Counted from the stretch's first letter, positions 1 to 9,048 are shown. The stretch: DNA of 39,292 nucleotides from Candidatus Altiarchaeota archaeon (GCA_043804895.1 JAZDIN010000068.1:1-39292); one strand, 5' to 3'. The notes: a model not told the origin generated them from the sequence alone. Numbers and translations: made by a program.

Positions 1-336
1 GTAAAATCATTGGATGCACTAGAAAGATTCAATAAAAAAGCAAAAATAAAGTTTCTTACTTCTAGGTCTAGCGAAGATACAAAATTTCAGAGGGCATATG
101 TAGATTTTAAGAAGGAGTATAACCATGTCGAGACTAGGAAATACCCGAACCCTGATCACTTACATGACAGATACATTATTACAAAAGACGGACTTTACTT
201 AATTGGTCATGGGATAAAGGATATAGGCGATAAAGAAACGTTCATTATATTCTTGCAGAAAAGTGAATTTCACGATATCTACATGTCTATGACTGAGATT
301 TTTAATAGGCGGTGGAAGACCTCGCAAATGATGTAA
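1..336 (+). CDS. 3' part of a protein with a PLD-like (HDR-type) domain; truncated by the window edge
   Basis: Frame is open from base 1 (GTA AAA TCA TTG...). Motif HDRYII-x6-IGHGIKDIGDK resembles the HDRF-x-IG-x-S-x-KD-x-GK PLD-like domain seen at the C-terminus of ORF6N/MIT_C-type proteins. Visibly AT-richer than the rest of the window. Confidence 0.5.
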   Translation, partial: VKSLDALERFNKKAKIKFLTSRSSEDTKFQRAYVDFKKEYNHVETRKYPNPDHLHDRYIITKDGLYLIGHGIKDIGDKETFIIFLQKSEFHDIYMSMTEIFNRRWKTSQMM

Positions 337-529
337 TATTACTCAATCTGGTGATATTACCCGATTTGCTATCAATAGTTAGAAGTAGTTTATTCTGTCT
401 TGGTGTTGTCATCTGCCTGGGTGGACGTGTGCTATTCCACGGGCATGTTGGATGTTTTTGGCCTAATCCTCAGGTTTTGCACGGATTCACAGGTATAGAA
501 TAAGGTATGTTTGGCTAAAAAATGCTGGC

Positions 530-790
530 TTATCGGTATGATTTGTACCAGCGTTCGTATTCTTTGTGTTCTTTAAAGCAGTGGATTAGGTATAGGTTGT
601 CGTTTTTTATTTCGTAGATTAGTCTTGATTGCTTAGTTACTTCTTCGACGTGATATGGTATACCATACCTCATGTGTCTTCTTGGCGGTATGCATGCTAT
701 TTTTTCTATGTGTTTTGTGAAGATAATTCTTAATTCTGTGGGCATGTCCTCAAAATCCTTTTTTGCTTTCTCTGAGAAGAAAACGTTCAT
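530..790 (-). CDS. RelE/ParE-superfamily toxin
   Basis: 86 aa, basic; N-terminal VFFSEKAKKDF, then RLIYEI and H-K-E-Y near the C-terminus; directly downstream of a small antitoxin-like gene. Confidence 0.7.
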   Translation of the reverse strand: MNVFFSEKAKKDFEDMPTELRIIFTKHIEKIACIPPRRHMRYGIPYHVEEVTKQSRLIYEIKNDNLYLIHCFKEHKEYERWYKSYR

Positions 791-792
791 TC

Positions 793-1029
793 TTACAGCC
801 CGTGTTTTTTCTTGATTTCGTCTAGTGTGTACGTCTTCTGTTTTCCTGAGAGTATCTCTTGCATTTCCAGTTCAACCGCCTTGTGGACTAGCGTTAGTTC
901 CTCCTCCTCAAGCATTCTTTCATATGCTGTTACAGCCTGCCTGATGACTTCGGTCTGGTTTCCAGCATATCCCTTCTCGATTATCTTCCGTATGGCAGAT
1001 TCGTACGGTGGGCCAAGATTAATGTTCAT
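793..1029 (-). CDS. Ribbon-helix-helix antitoxin (CopG/ParD-like)
   Basis: 78 aa; beta-strand then IIEKGYAGNQTEVIRQAV (RHH G-Y-x-N-x-[ST]-E-V-I-R pattern); C-terminal KTYTLDEIKKK; 2 bp upstream of the toxin gene. Confidence 0.75.
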   Translation of the reverse strand: MNINLGPPYESAIRKIIEKGYAGNQTEVIRQAVTAYERMLEEEELTLVHKAVELEMQEILSGKQKTYTLDEIKKKHGL

Positions 1030-1222
1030 TCAATAACCCCTACAATGTATAATAGATGAACATTGAAGTATATAAACGAGAAGTAGGGGGGTTTAATCCG
1101 CTGGTCTTTGACCGCTTTTGTTTTCCTGTCCTTTGGGGGGAGTGTTATAACGTCTTGTTCTGATATTTAGCTATGGGTTCCGGGTGTTGGGAGGAGTATG
1201 TGATGGTTGTTGCTGAGGTCAG

Positions 1223-1930
1223 ATGAGCGGGATAGTCAGGAGGATACGGGGGGAACTTAGGAGTAACGTTGATGAGAAGACCAGGGAGAGTTTCCAGAGG
1301 TTTTTCAAGGAGGGTGTAAGGTATTATGGCGTGAAGACTGCTGTTGTGGAGAGGATAGCGAAGAAGTACTGGAAGGAGGTCGGCTGCAAAGACAAGGAGG
1401 AGATATTCGGGTTGTGTGAGGAGTTGTACAGGTCAGACTACACCGAGGAGGCCTTTGTCGTAAGCTTCTGGGGTGCGAACTTCAAGGATTTTGTAGAGCC
1501 TGCGGATTTAGCCGTCTTTGAGGGATGGATCGGCAGATACGTCAATAACTGGGCGAAATGCGACGGTTTCTGCAATCACGCAGTCGGCGACTTTATCATG
1601 AAGTACCCGGACAAGGTCTCAGAATTGAAGCAGTGGGCCAGGTCTGATAACCGATGGATGCGGAGGGCTTCTGCCGTGACTCTCATCGTCCCAGCCAAGC
1701 GCGGGAAATTCCTCAAAGAAGCCTTTGAGTTGAGCGACATCCTGTTGGAGGATGAGGACGACATGGTCCGGAAGGGTTATGGCTGGCTCCTGAAGGAGGA
1801 TAGCAGAATCCACCAAAAGAAAGTCTTCGACTACGTAATGAGAAACAAGGCCAGAATGCCAAGGACTGCGCTAAGGTACGCCATTGAACTGATGCCGAAA
1901 AAACTCAGAACAATGGCAATGGAAAGATAA
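1223..1930 (+). CDS. alkD: DNA alkylation repair protein (AlkD-family HEAT-like glycosylase)
   Basis: YGVKT, NNWAKCD, W-x4-NRWMRRAS, DDMVRKGYGWLLKE, MPRTALRYAIE motifs. Confidence 0.85.
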   Translation: MSGIVRRIRGELRSNVDEKTRESFQRFFKEGVRYYGVKTAVVERIAKKYWKEVGCKDKEEIFGLCEELYRSDYTEEAFVVSFWGANFKDFVEPADLAVFEGWIGRYVNNWAKCDGFCNHAVGDFIMKYPDKVSELKQWARSDNRWMRRASAVTLIVPAKRGKFLKEAFELSDILLEDEDDMVRKGYGWLLKEDSRIHQKKVFDYVMRNKARMPRTALRYAIELMPKKLRTMAMER

Positions 1931-2120
1931 GCGACCTGATGAGTTTATCAGCGTGAAAGATTCTATAGCCCCGCTTTTTTTCACAACATGCGTCATATGC
2001 ACATCCCTTAGTCTTAGTATGTAATTAAGAGTGCTCATGCGGCCGCTTAATAGCGTGTATTCTGGTCTGGTATTTAAGCTGGAGATTCGAGATATTCATA
2101 GTAAGATAGGAGAGTAGGAG

Positions 2121-3953
2121 ATGTCAACGGAAATACCTGGCCAACCTCCAGGGCAAGAGCAAGGTCCGCCAAAATTGTACACATCGTCAAACGTGCCCGC
2201 GGATATACCGTTAAAGGAGATAGTCAAAAAGGAGGCCAAGGACAGGCAGGTGAGGATGACGGGCTCGAATCACCCGCTTTTTGCCCTCCTTCCGGGGGAG
2301 GCAAGAGAATTTCAGGAGCAGTGGTTTGATTCTGTGGGGGATACGGTAAGTCAGTTCGGTCCATGCTTTATGGAGCTTGATGCTGCTGGATTACTCCATG
2401 ACGGTAAGTTTCTAGAAAAAGTTAGAAAATCGCTGGAATTGATGAAGGAAAGCGGTTTCTTCGGGTTGGGAGTACCCGAACAGTATGGCGGAGTGTGCGA
2501 TGAAGGCATGCTCCCGACCGTATCCACGGTCACAGCCAACATGCAGATAGCCAGAATAGATCCTGGGTTGATGATCACTTCAGCAGTATCAGGGGGCTTA
2601 GGCATCGGCAGTTTTTTATTTGTACTCAAGCAAGCCATGATGGAGGCGGAAGGTAAGCCTGATGATGGGACGGTATCTTTCATCCAAGGGCAAATTGACA
2701 AATGGGGTCCTAAAATCGCCGCAGGCGATGTTATTGCCGGCTTCGCTTTGACTGAGCCTAATGTCGGCTCTGACGCAGCCGCCATCCAGACCAAAGCAGT
2801 CAAAGGAAAGTTGTGCAAAGTAGGGGAGAAAACGGAATTTGTGGCTGAGAGGGGAGAAAAGCCTCAGGATGCGACGGATGACGGCGTCGACGGATACCAG
2901 ATTAATGGAGTCAAACAGTTCATCACCAACGGGCCGCTGGCCGACATGGTCCTGGTCTTTGCAAAAACTGGTCCGGAGGCGGAAAGAAACAAGAATGTTG
3001 GATTGTTTATTGTGGAAAAAGACGAACCGGGACGGCCTGGATTTACAGTGGGGACAGAAGAGAAGAAGACAGGACTTTTGTCTTCAACGACCTCCCAGAT
3101 TATTCTGGATGATGTGTTCGTCCCTGCTGAGAATCTCGTGGGTGGCCCAGCCTGGGAGCGGAGGGGGTTTGAAATAGCTACTGGCATCCTCCAGTCAGGG
3201 CGGCTGAACGTTGCCGCCCAAGCCACCGGCGTAAGCCGCCGAGCCTTGGAGGAGATGGCAAGATACACCAACCAACGAATTCAATTCGGCGGAAAACTCT
3301 ATGAGCGACCGGGTGTGGAATATGAGCTCCAGCAGATGGAAGCGATTGTGGAAGCCCAAACAGCCTTGTTGATTCTGGACGCCCAAGCCAAGGATGGAGG
3401 AGTTTGCTCAGCCGGCATGGCCTCGCGTGCCAAGCTCTTTTGCACTGATATGTGCCAAAAAGTGACCAGGACTGGAGTCCAGTTGCATGGCGGTTACGGA
3501 TTCAGCAGGGAATATCCGATAGAAGTGTTAAATCGGGCTGCTGGCGTCTTCACAATCTACGAGGGAGCTAACGAGATCAATGGTTTGGTTTCGGCCAAAG
3601 AGTTGATTAAGGGGGGTTACCCTCGTTTAGGTGATTTCAAGATAGATGAAGGAGTCCTCCGAGCTAAGGGTTTAGCTCAGTCAGTGTCAGAGCTGGAGAA
3701 GGTCGAAAAATTGGTTGATGAGACGCTCAAGAGAAAGGATGAGTTGGGTGATGCGGGAAAAATAGCCTTGTCCAGAATCGCGGCCACCGGCGATGCTATG
3801 CGAGCCCTTCTTATCGCAGCCTCACAAAGGGAGGCCGACACTGGCGGATTTGAGGATAACACCCATCTCTTCTGCACCAGGGTGGCTTTGAAGATGGTTG
3901 ACGGGTTTAAACACGACCTTTATCCGCCAACTGAGAGAGCTAGGATTGAGTAG
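2121..3953 (+). CDS. Acyl-CoA dehydrogenase family protein with N-/C-terminal extensions and insertions
   Basis: FALTEPNVGSDA, NGVKQFITNG, RIQFG, GVQLHGGYGFSREY, TIYEGANEI (catalytic Glu position). Confidence 0.9.
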   Translation: MSTEIPGQPPGQEQGPPKLYTSSNVPADIPLKEIVKKEAKDRQVRMTGSNHPLFALLPGEAREFQEQWFDSVGDTVSQFGPCFMELDAAGLLHDGKFLEKVRKSLELMKESGFFGLGVPEQYGGVCDEGMLPTVSTVTANMQIARIDPGLMITSAVSGGLGIGSFLFVLKQAMMEAEGKPDDGTVSFIQGQIDKWGPKIAAGDVIAGFALTEPNVGSDAAAIQTKAVKGKLCKVGEKTEFVAERGEKPQDATDDGVDGYQINGVKQFITNGPLADMVLVFAKTGPEAERNKNVGLFIVEKDEPGRPGFTVGTEEKKTGLLSSTTSQIILDDVFVPAENLVGGPAWERRGFEIATGILQSGRLNVAAQATGVSRRALEEMARYTNQRIQFGGKLYERPGVEYELQQMEAIVEAQTALLILDAQAKDGGVCSAGMASRAKLFCTDMCQKVTRTGVQLHGGYGFSREYPIEVLNRAAGVFTIYEGANEINGLVSAKELIKGGYPRLGDFKIDEGVLRAKGLAQSVSELEKVEKLVDETLKRKDELGDAGKIALSRIAATGDAMRALLIAASQREADTGGFEDNTHLFCTRVALKMVDGFKHDLYPPTERARIE

Positions 3954-4039
3954 TTGTGCGAAATTAACTTGGCCATCTAACTGGTAGAAAGATATGTTAA
4001 GATTGGATTGGATATAGGTATAGTTTGGAGGTGTTTGTG

Positions 4040-5413
4040 ATGATTCATGGGCCGCAGGAGCCGTTTAGGATTAAGGTTGTTGAGCCGGTTAGGATACCTG
4101 ACCAGGAGACGAGGAGTAATGCCATAAGGGGTGCTGGCTTTAACACATTCCTCCTTGATTCTGAGGACGTTTACATTGATTTGCTCACCGATTCCGGGAC
4201 GTCGGCTATGTCAGACAACCAGTGGGCTGGGATGATGCTTGGCGATGAGGCCTATGCTGGCTCAAAGAATTTTTACTCCCTGGAGAAGTCTGTGCAGGAG
4301 GTTCTGGGTTACAAGTACCTTGTACCCACACATCAGGGTAGGGGCGCCGAGCACCTTATGAGCAGGGTGCTGGTGGGGGAGGGGCAGCTTGTCCCGAGGA
4401 ACATGTACTTCACAACTTCAAGAACGCATGTGGAGCTGTGCGGTGGAATCATGCCGGATGTTGTGATAGACGAGGCCCACGACCCTGAGAACGAGCATCC
4501 ATTCAAGGGAAATGTCGACCTCAAGAAACTCAAGAAACTGGTTGACGAGCACGGCACGGAGAAAATCGCCTACGTGAACGTGGAGATGGATGTGAACATG
4601 GCCGGAGGCCAGCCGGTTTCGATGCAGAACCTACGGGAGGTTAGGAGGTTCTGCAACGACCACAAGCTTAAACTCATCTACGACGCGACGCGCTCAAGCG
4701 AGAACGCGTATTTCATAAAGGAGAGGGAGAAGGGCTACCAAGATAAGACTATAGTGGAGATACTCAGGGAGATGATGAGCTACTCGGATGCGTGCATCTA
4801 CAGCTCAAAAAAGGACTGCCTCGTGAATATCGGCGGATTCCTAGCCTCAAACGACAGGGAGATATTCGAAAAGGCGCGGAATCTAGTAGTAGTGTATGAA
4901 GGACTCCACACATACGGGGGGATGGCAGGCCGGGACATGGAGGCAGTTGCTAGGGGCCTCAAAGAAGGCGCACAGGAGGATTATCTCAGGTATAGAATCA
5001 ACCAAGTACGCTACCTTGGAGAGATACTTTTAAGGGAGAAGATCCCGATTGTCAGGCCGACGGGAGGCCATGCCATATTCCTGAACGCACTGAAGTTCCT
5101 GCCGCATATTCCAAGGGAACAGTGGCCTGCGCAGGCCCTCGCGGCAGCAATATATGAGGATTCTGCTGTTAGGACGATGGAGAGGGGCGCGGTTTCGAAG
5201 GGGAGGGACAGGAAGACTGGCGAGAACATCTTCCCTAAGCTGGAGCTTGTGAGGCTCACAATCCCAAGGAGGGTGTACACCAACACGCAGATGGAATACG
5301 TCGGAGACTCAGTCATACGGCTCTACAAAGAAAGAGGCAAAATCAAAGGTCTGAAGATGGTCTACGAGCCAGGGGAGCTGAGATTCTTCCAAGCGAGGTT
5401 CGAACAGGCATAG
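4040..5413 (+). CDS. tpl: Tyrosine phenol-lyase (PLP beta-eliminating lyase)
   Basis: EPFRIK, IDLLTDSGT, GDEAYAGS, THQGRGAE, PLP-lysine SSKKD. TPL-type residues: NMYFTT (Thr124), MERG (Arg381), RFFQARF (Phe448). ATG at 4040 follows a GGAGGTG Shine-Dalgarno. Confidence 0.85.
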   Translation: MIHGPQEPFRIKVVEPVRIPDQETRSNAIRGAGFNTFLLDSEDVYIDLLTDSGTSAMSDNQWAGMMLGDEAYAGSKNFYSLEKSVQEVLGYKYLVPTHQGRGAEHLMSRVLVGEGQLVPRNMYFTTSRTHVELCGGIMPDVVIDEAHDPENEHPFKGNVDLKKLKKLVDEHGTEKIAYVNVEMDVNMAGGQPVSMQNLREVRRFCNDHKLKLIYDATRSSENAYFIKEREKGYQDKTIVEILREMMSYSDACIYSSKKDCLVNIGGFLASNDREIFEKARNLVVVYEGLHTYGGMAGRDMEAVARGLKEGAQEDYLRYRINQVRYLGEILLREKIPIVRPTGGHAIFLNALKFLPHIPREQWPAQALAAAIYEDSAVRTMERGAVSKGRDRKTGENIFPKLELVRLTIPRRVYTNTQMEYVGDSVIRLYKERGKIKGLKMVYEPGELRFFQARFEQA

Positions 5414-5512
5414 ACTATCATTATCCAGTCGTACTACATAGTACTAAGGCTACTGACGATAGTGATGTAGTGGGACTTAAAAAGTCTTGATTGAGATAAA
5501 AAATAAGAGTAT

Positions 5513-5532
5513 TGGGGGTGTTTTATCCCCCA
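5513..5532 (-). terminator. Hairpin followed by a T-tract downstream of archaellin copy 1
   Basis: TGGGGG...CCCCCA stem; on the minus strand it is followed by TTATTTTTTATC; conserved in both archaellin duplicates. Confidence 0.55.
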
Positions 5533-5548
5533 CATTATTCGTATTTGG

Positions 5549-6136
5549 TTATGGCCAGAGGGTTACTCTCATGTCGGTCATGACGTCAGGCGTTGTGAAC
5601 TCAACGATTGCTGGCTGGCCGACTCGTGGTATGACCTTCAGGCGGACCCTCTGATTCTCGGCGACGTTGTTTGAGGTGTTGAACTTCAACTTTACGACGT
5701 CTCCCCTGCTCAGGTAACCTTCCTCAAAGTCTGGTCCGTGTTTAACATACTCAGCAGCATATGTTCCTGTGGTGGTTGAAACGTCCCAGTCTGTGCTGCT
5801 GCCTGAATAGCTACTGCTCCATGTTGCATCTGTCGTGTCAACCATGAGCACAGTGTTGTTAAGATTCAACGGCTCACTGCCAGCCTGCAACCTTAAAATA
5901 AGCTCAAACTGCTCCACATTATGGCCCGTAGTACCATCAGTCGCAGTGACAGAAACCGCCTCAGCGCCAGTGGCTACAGCCTCCTCAGTCTGCCCACCAG
6001 TCACCAAAGCCTTCTGCTGTAAACTGCCAGCAGTCGAAATAAGCACTGAAGCAGCAACAGCAGCAACCAAAATCACCGCAATGAAAATAATCAGTGTCCC
6101 GATACCCATCATACCTTTACTTGCAGTTTTTCTCAT
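5549..6136 (-). CDS. flaB: Archaellin (FlaB/ArlB) copy 1
   Basis: Class III signal [37 protein letters not shown]; archaellin C-terminal pattern ([15 protein letters not shown]); GGAGG SD. Confidence 0.92.
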   Translation of the reverse strand: MRKTASKGMMGIGTLIIFIAVILVAAVAASVLISTAGSLQQKALVTGGQTEEAVATGAEAVSVTATDGTTGHNVEQFELILRLQAGSEPLNLNNTVLMVDTTDATWSSSYSGSSTDWDVSTTTGTYAAEYVKHGPDFEEGYLSRGDVVKLKFNTSNNVAENQRVRLKVIPRVGQPAIVEFTTPDVMTDMRVTLWP

Positions 6137-6256
6137 AAATCCCCTCCTATCTGACGATAATAAGTGCTTAACACTTATTACCCTTAATAGTTTAAAAACA
6201 ATGCCGTTGGAATTTTGCCAGATTAGGGCGTGTCTAACTTAAAAAAAAGTGGAGAT

Positions 6257-7003
6257 TCATATTCCGTTGCCTTTTGTGAGTATTTTCATGGCGAGCATAA
6301 ATGCGACGCCCACTAGGAATGTTAGGAAGGCTGTCATCGACTTTTGGGGGTCAGACTCTTTATGGAGTTGGGGTATCAGATCTGAGGCTGAGATATAGAT
6401 GAATCCGCCGGCCGCGAACGGCAGTAGGAGAGCCGTAAGGCCCTCTAAGGGGAGGAAATAACCCAGTAAGCCGCCGAGGACGCATGTTAGCTGCGCAAGG
6501 AAGTTGTATAGTAGGGCCTTATACTTGTCCATGCCGGCGTGCAATAGCACACCGAAGTTGCCGAGCTCCTGGGGGATTTCATGGGCTATTATGAGGAACG
6601 ACGTTATCAGGCCGAGTCGTGTGTCTGTTAGGAAGGCGGCGGCTATTACGAACCCGTCTATGAGGTTGTGGACTCCGTCGCCGAATAGGAGCATGTAACT
6701 GTACTCGTGGATTGTGCACTCCCTCTCATGGCAGTGGTGCCAGTGGAGGAACTTTTCCATGAGGAAGAAGAAGGAGAATCCACAGAGGAGTGTGAGTACT
6801 GCATTGTCGATTCCTAATTCTGCGGTAGATTCTGGGAGGAGGTGTATGAATGCACCGCCGAGGAGTGCGCCAGCTGAGAAGCTGACGAGGAAGTAGAGGA
6901 GTCTTGTGAGGGTTTTATCACTTAGGAGGAGTGTGACCGCGCCTGTGAAGGCCATAAGGCCGTTAATAAGCGTCAAGGCGAGAATCCAGTAGAGGACTTC
7001 CAT
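6257..7003 (-). CDS. ZIP-family metal (zinc) transporter
   Basis: Multiple TM helices; His-rich loop HWHHCH; GDGVHNLIDG and AHEIPQELG signature helices. Confidence 0.92.
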   Translation of the reverse strand: MEVLYWILALTLINGLMAFTGAVTLLLSDKTLTRLLYFLVSFSAGALLGGAFIHLLPESTAELGIDNAVLTLLCGFSFFFLMEKFLHWHHCHERECTIHEYSYMLLFGDGVHNLIDGFVIAAAFLTDTRLGLITSFLIIAHEIPQELGNFGVLLHAGMDKYKALLYNFLAQLTCVLGGLLGYFLPLEGLTALLLPFAAGGFIYISASDLIPQLHKESDPQKSMTAFLTFLVGVAFMLAMKILTKGNGI

Positions 7004-7038
7004 AGGATAAGATAGGGTTTAAGATAAAAAATAAGGTT

Positions 7039-7062
7039 ATGTGGGGGTTTTATCCCCCACAT
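7039..7062 (-). terminator. Perfect 9-bp hairpin plus T-tract downstream of archaellin copy 2
   Basis: ATGTGGGGG-TTTTAT-CCCCCACAT, followed on the minus strand by CTTATTTTTTATC. Confidence 0.6.
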
Positions 7063-7075
7063 TATTCGGATTAGG

Positions 7076-7663
7076 TTATGGCCAGAGGCTTACCCTCATG
7101 TCGGTCATGACGTCAGGCGTCGTGAACTCGACGATTGCAGCAGTACCGACGCGTGGTATGACCTTCAGGCGTACTTTCGCGTTCTCGCCGACGCTGCCTG
7201 ATGTGTTGAACTTCAACTTTACGACGTCTCCCCTGCTCAGGTAGCCCATCTCATAGTCTGGTCCTTCCTTAACATATTCGGCAGCGTATGTTCCTGTGTT
7301 GGTTGAGACACCCCAGTTTGTGCTGCTGCCTGAGTAGCTCGAACTCCATGTGTTGTCTGTCGTGTCAACCATGAGCACGGTGTTGTTAAGATTCAACGAC
7401 TCACTGCCAGCCTGCAACCTCAAAATAAGCTCAAACTGCTCCACATTATGGCCCGTAGTACCATCAGTCGCAGTGATAGAAACCGCCTCAGCGCCAGTGG
7501 CTACAGCCTCCTCAGTCTGCCCACCAGTCACCAAAGCCTTCTGCTGTAAACTGCCAGCAGTCGAAATAAGCACTGAAGCAGCAATAGCAGCAACCAAAAT
7601 CACCGCAATGAAAATAATCAGTGTCCCGATACCCATCATACCTTTACTTGCATTTTTTCTCAT
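7076..7663 (-). CDS. flaB: Archaellin (FlaB/ArlB) copy 2
   Basis: Same class III signal and fold motifs as 5549..6136; ~90% amino-acid identity. Confidence 0.92.
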   Translation of the reverse strand: MRKNASKGMMGIGTLIIFIAVILVAAIAASVLISTAGSLQQKALVTGGQTEEAVATGAEAVSITATDGTTGHNVEQFELILRLQAGSESLNLNNTVLMVDTTDNTWSSSYSGSSTNWGVSTNTGTYAAEYVKEGPDYEMGYLSRGDVVKLKFNTSGSVGENAKVRLKVIPRVGTAAIVEFTTPDVMTDMRVSLWP

Positions 7664-7776
7664 AAATCCCCTCCTATAAAATTAATATGTTGTTATTTGT
7701 TTACACAGGTTTAAAAACCATTAGGTACTCGTTTTGACACTAAGTTAGCATTGTATCAGGCGGTAAGAGGCGTGTT

Positions 7777-8325
7777 TTAGGGTATTATGGCTTTGTGTTC
7801 GTGGACCATCTGTTTGGTCTTTTCAGCTGCCTTTTGGATGTCTTTCACGTTCTTAGCACCGGTTATTATGACTTTGCCTGACCTGAAGACCAGCATCACG
7901 GTTTTAGGGTCATCAAGGCGGTAAATGAGGCCAGGGAACTGTTCTGGCTCGTATTCTGTGTTGAAGCAGTTGATGGCCAGCTGATCTAGGTTGACTTTGA
8001 CTCCGATGCTGGTGCTGGCTACTATGTTTTGAACGTCTATTTTGGGTTTTCCGGTTACTTGCACCCCCCCTTCCGATAGTTTTTCAAGAAGTTGGATGAT
8101 GGCAAGAGTCACGTCTTCCATCTTCTTGGCGCCTGTGCATATGACCTTGCCGCTGGAGAATAGCAGCATTGCAACTTTTGGCTCTCGAAGCCTGAGGACT
8201 GCGCCTGGGAAGTTTTCTGGGGCGTATTCAATGCCCCGGACTTTTTTTACGAGTTTCCGAAGGTCTATTTTCGCGTCCAATGTTATGGCTGAGACCATGT
8301 TTTCGACCTTGACTTCCACTACCAT
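7777..8325 (-). CDS. tbp: TATA-box-binding protein
   Basis: Two TBP repeats: EYAPENFPG...LLFSSGKVICTGAK and EYEPEQFPGLIYR...VFRSGKVIITGAK. Confidence 0.97.
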   Translation of the reverse strand: MVVEVKVENMVSAITLDAKIDLRKLVKKVRGIEYAPENFPGAVLRLREPKVAMLLFSSGKVICTGAKKMEDVTLAIIQLLEKLSEGGVQVTGKPKIDVQNIVASTSIGVKVNLDQLAINCFNTEYEPEQFPGLIYRLDDPKTVMLVFRSGKVIITGAKNVKDIQKAAEKTKQMVHEHKAIIP

Positions 8326-8359
8326 AAGGGTATATTTTTAAAGTCACCATTAATAAACA

Positions 8360-9013
8360 ATGATTGTCGCCGATTCGAGTAGCATAATATCTTTGGCTGT
8401 GAACTGCATGTGTCAGGTCATGGAGATGCTTGACGTCAAATTCGCCATAACCCCTAGAGTCTATGGGGAGGTAGTCTCAAGGCCTTCGGGTAATAGGCGT
8501 TTCGCCCTGGAGTCGATGAGGATACAACGTCTTGTCTCCTCTGGTGTGCTTGTTGTTGAGGAGCCGAAGACCGATCTGGGGCTTAGAGTCCTGAAGGCCG
8601 CTAACCGGGTTTACAGCATCAAAGGCAGTGATTTGACGATAATCCACCCTGCTGAGGCTGAGGCAATGGCTCTGGCGTCTGAGATCGGAGCTGAGGCTTT
8701 TTTGATTGATGAGAGGACGACTAGGCTTCTTATGGAGGACCCTCATGGGTTGAGGGAGCTTTTGTCGTATAGGAATCATGCTGATGTGAGGGTGAATGGT
8801 GAATGGCTCAGTAGGTTGAATGGCATACTGCCTAAGATTCCGATAATACGCTCGACCGAGATTGCCGCCGTAGCCTATGAGAAGGGTTTTCTAGCCCAGC
8901 TGCATTCGGTTGAGGATAAGACTGTCCTTGACGCCGCGCTCTCAGCCTTGAAGTTCTCGGGTTGTGCTATAAGCTGGGAGGAGATTGAGGAGTACAAGCG
9001 GGAAGTCATATAA
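8360..9013 (+). CDS. Extended PIN-domain protein, no adjacent antitoxin
   Basis: IVADSSSII, VYGEV, HPAEAEAMALA, FLIDER acidic PIN motifs; 217 aa. Confidence 0.7.
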   Translation: MIVADSSSIISLAVNCMCQVMEMLDVKFAITPRVYGEVVSRPSGNRRFALESMRIQRLVSSGVLVVEEPKTDLGLRVLKAANRVYSIKGSDLTIIHPAEAEAMALASEIGAEAFLIDERTTRLLMEDPHGLRELLSYRNHADVRVNGEWLSRLNGILPKIPIIRSTEIAAVAYEKGFLAQLHSVEDKTVLDAALSALKFSGCAISWEEIEEYKREVI

Positions 9014-9048
9014 ATATGAGTAATGCTAATTGAGGGTGAGGTGGTTGT

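Larger units (their letters stand above)
5494..7677. repeat. ~650 bp direct repeat (about 5494-6150 and 7022-7677) comprising archaellin gene, SD and terminator, flanking the ZIP gene
   Basis: Near-identical sequence from AGATAAAAAATAAG through CATAAATCCCCTCCTAT in both copies; the proteins differ at 19 of 195 residues by manual comparison. Confidence 0.95.

Noticed and set aside
312..503. 63-aa plus-strand ORF after the first gene
   Set aside because: No motif or SD, overlaps the upstream stop region; probably spurious or a decayed fragment.
1173..1226. 17-codon ORF (MGSGCWEEYVMVVAEVR) overlapping the alkD start via ATGA
   Set aside because: Too short to support as a leader peptide or gene remnant without comparative data.
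1936..1960. CTGATGAG...GAAA resembling a hammerhead ribozyme core, or TGATGA as a C box
   Set aside because: Stem II cannot form (only two wobble pairs), no stem I/III partners are evident, and no CTGA D box follows. The bases form a simple hairpin (CTGAT...ATCAG) after the alkD stop.
5549..7663. Archaellin or pilin duplicates as DGR template/variable repeats
   Set aside because: No reverse transcriptase in the window, both copies are intact genes, and the differences are not confined to adenines.
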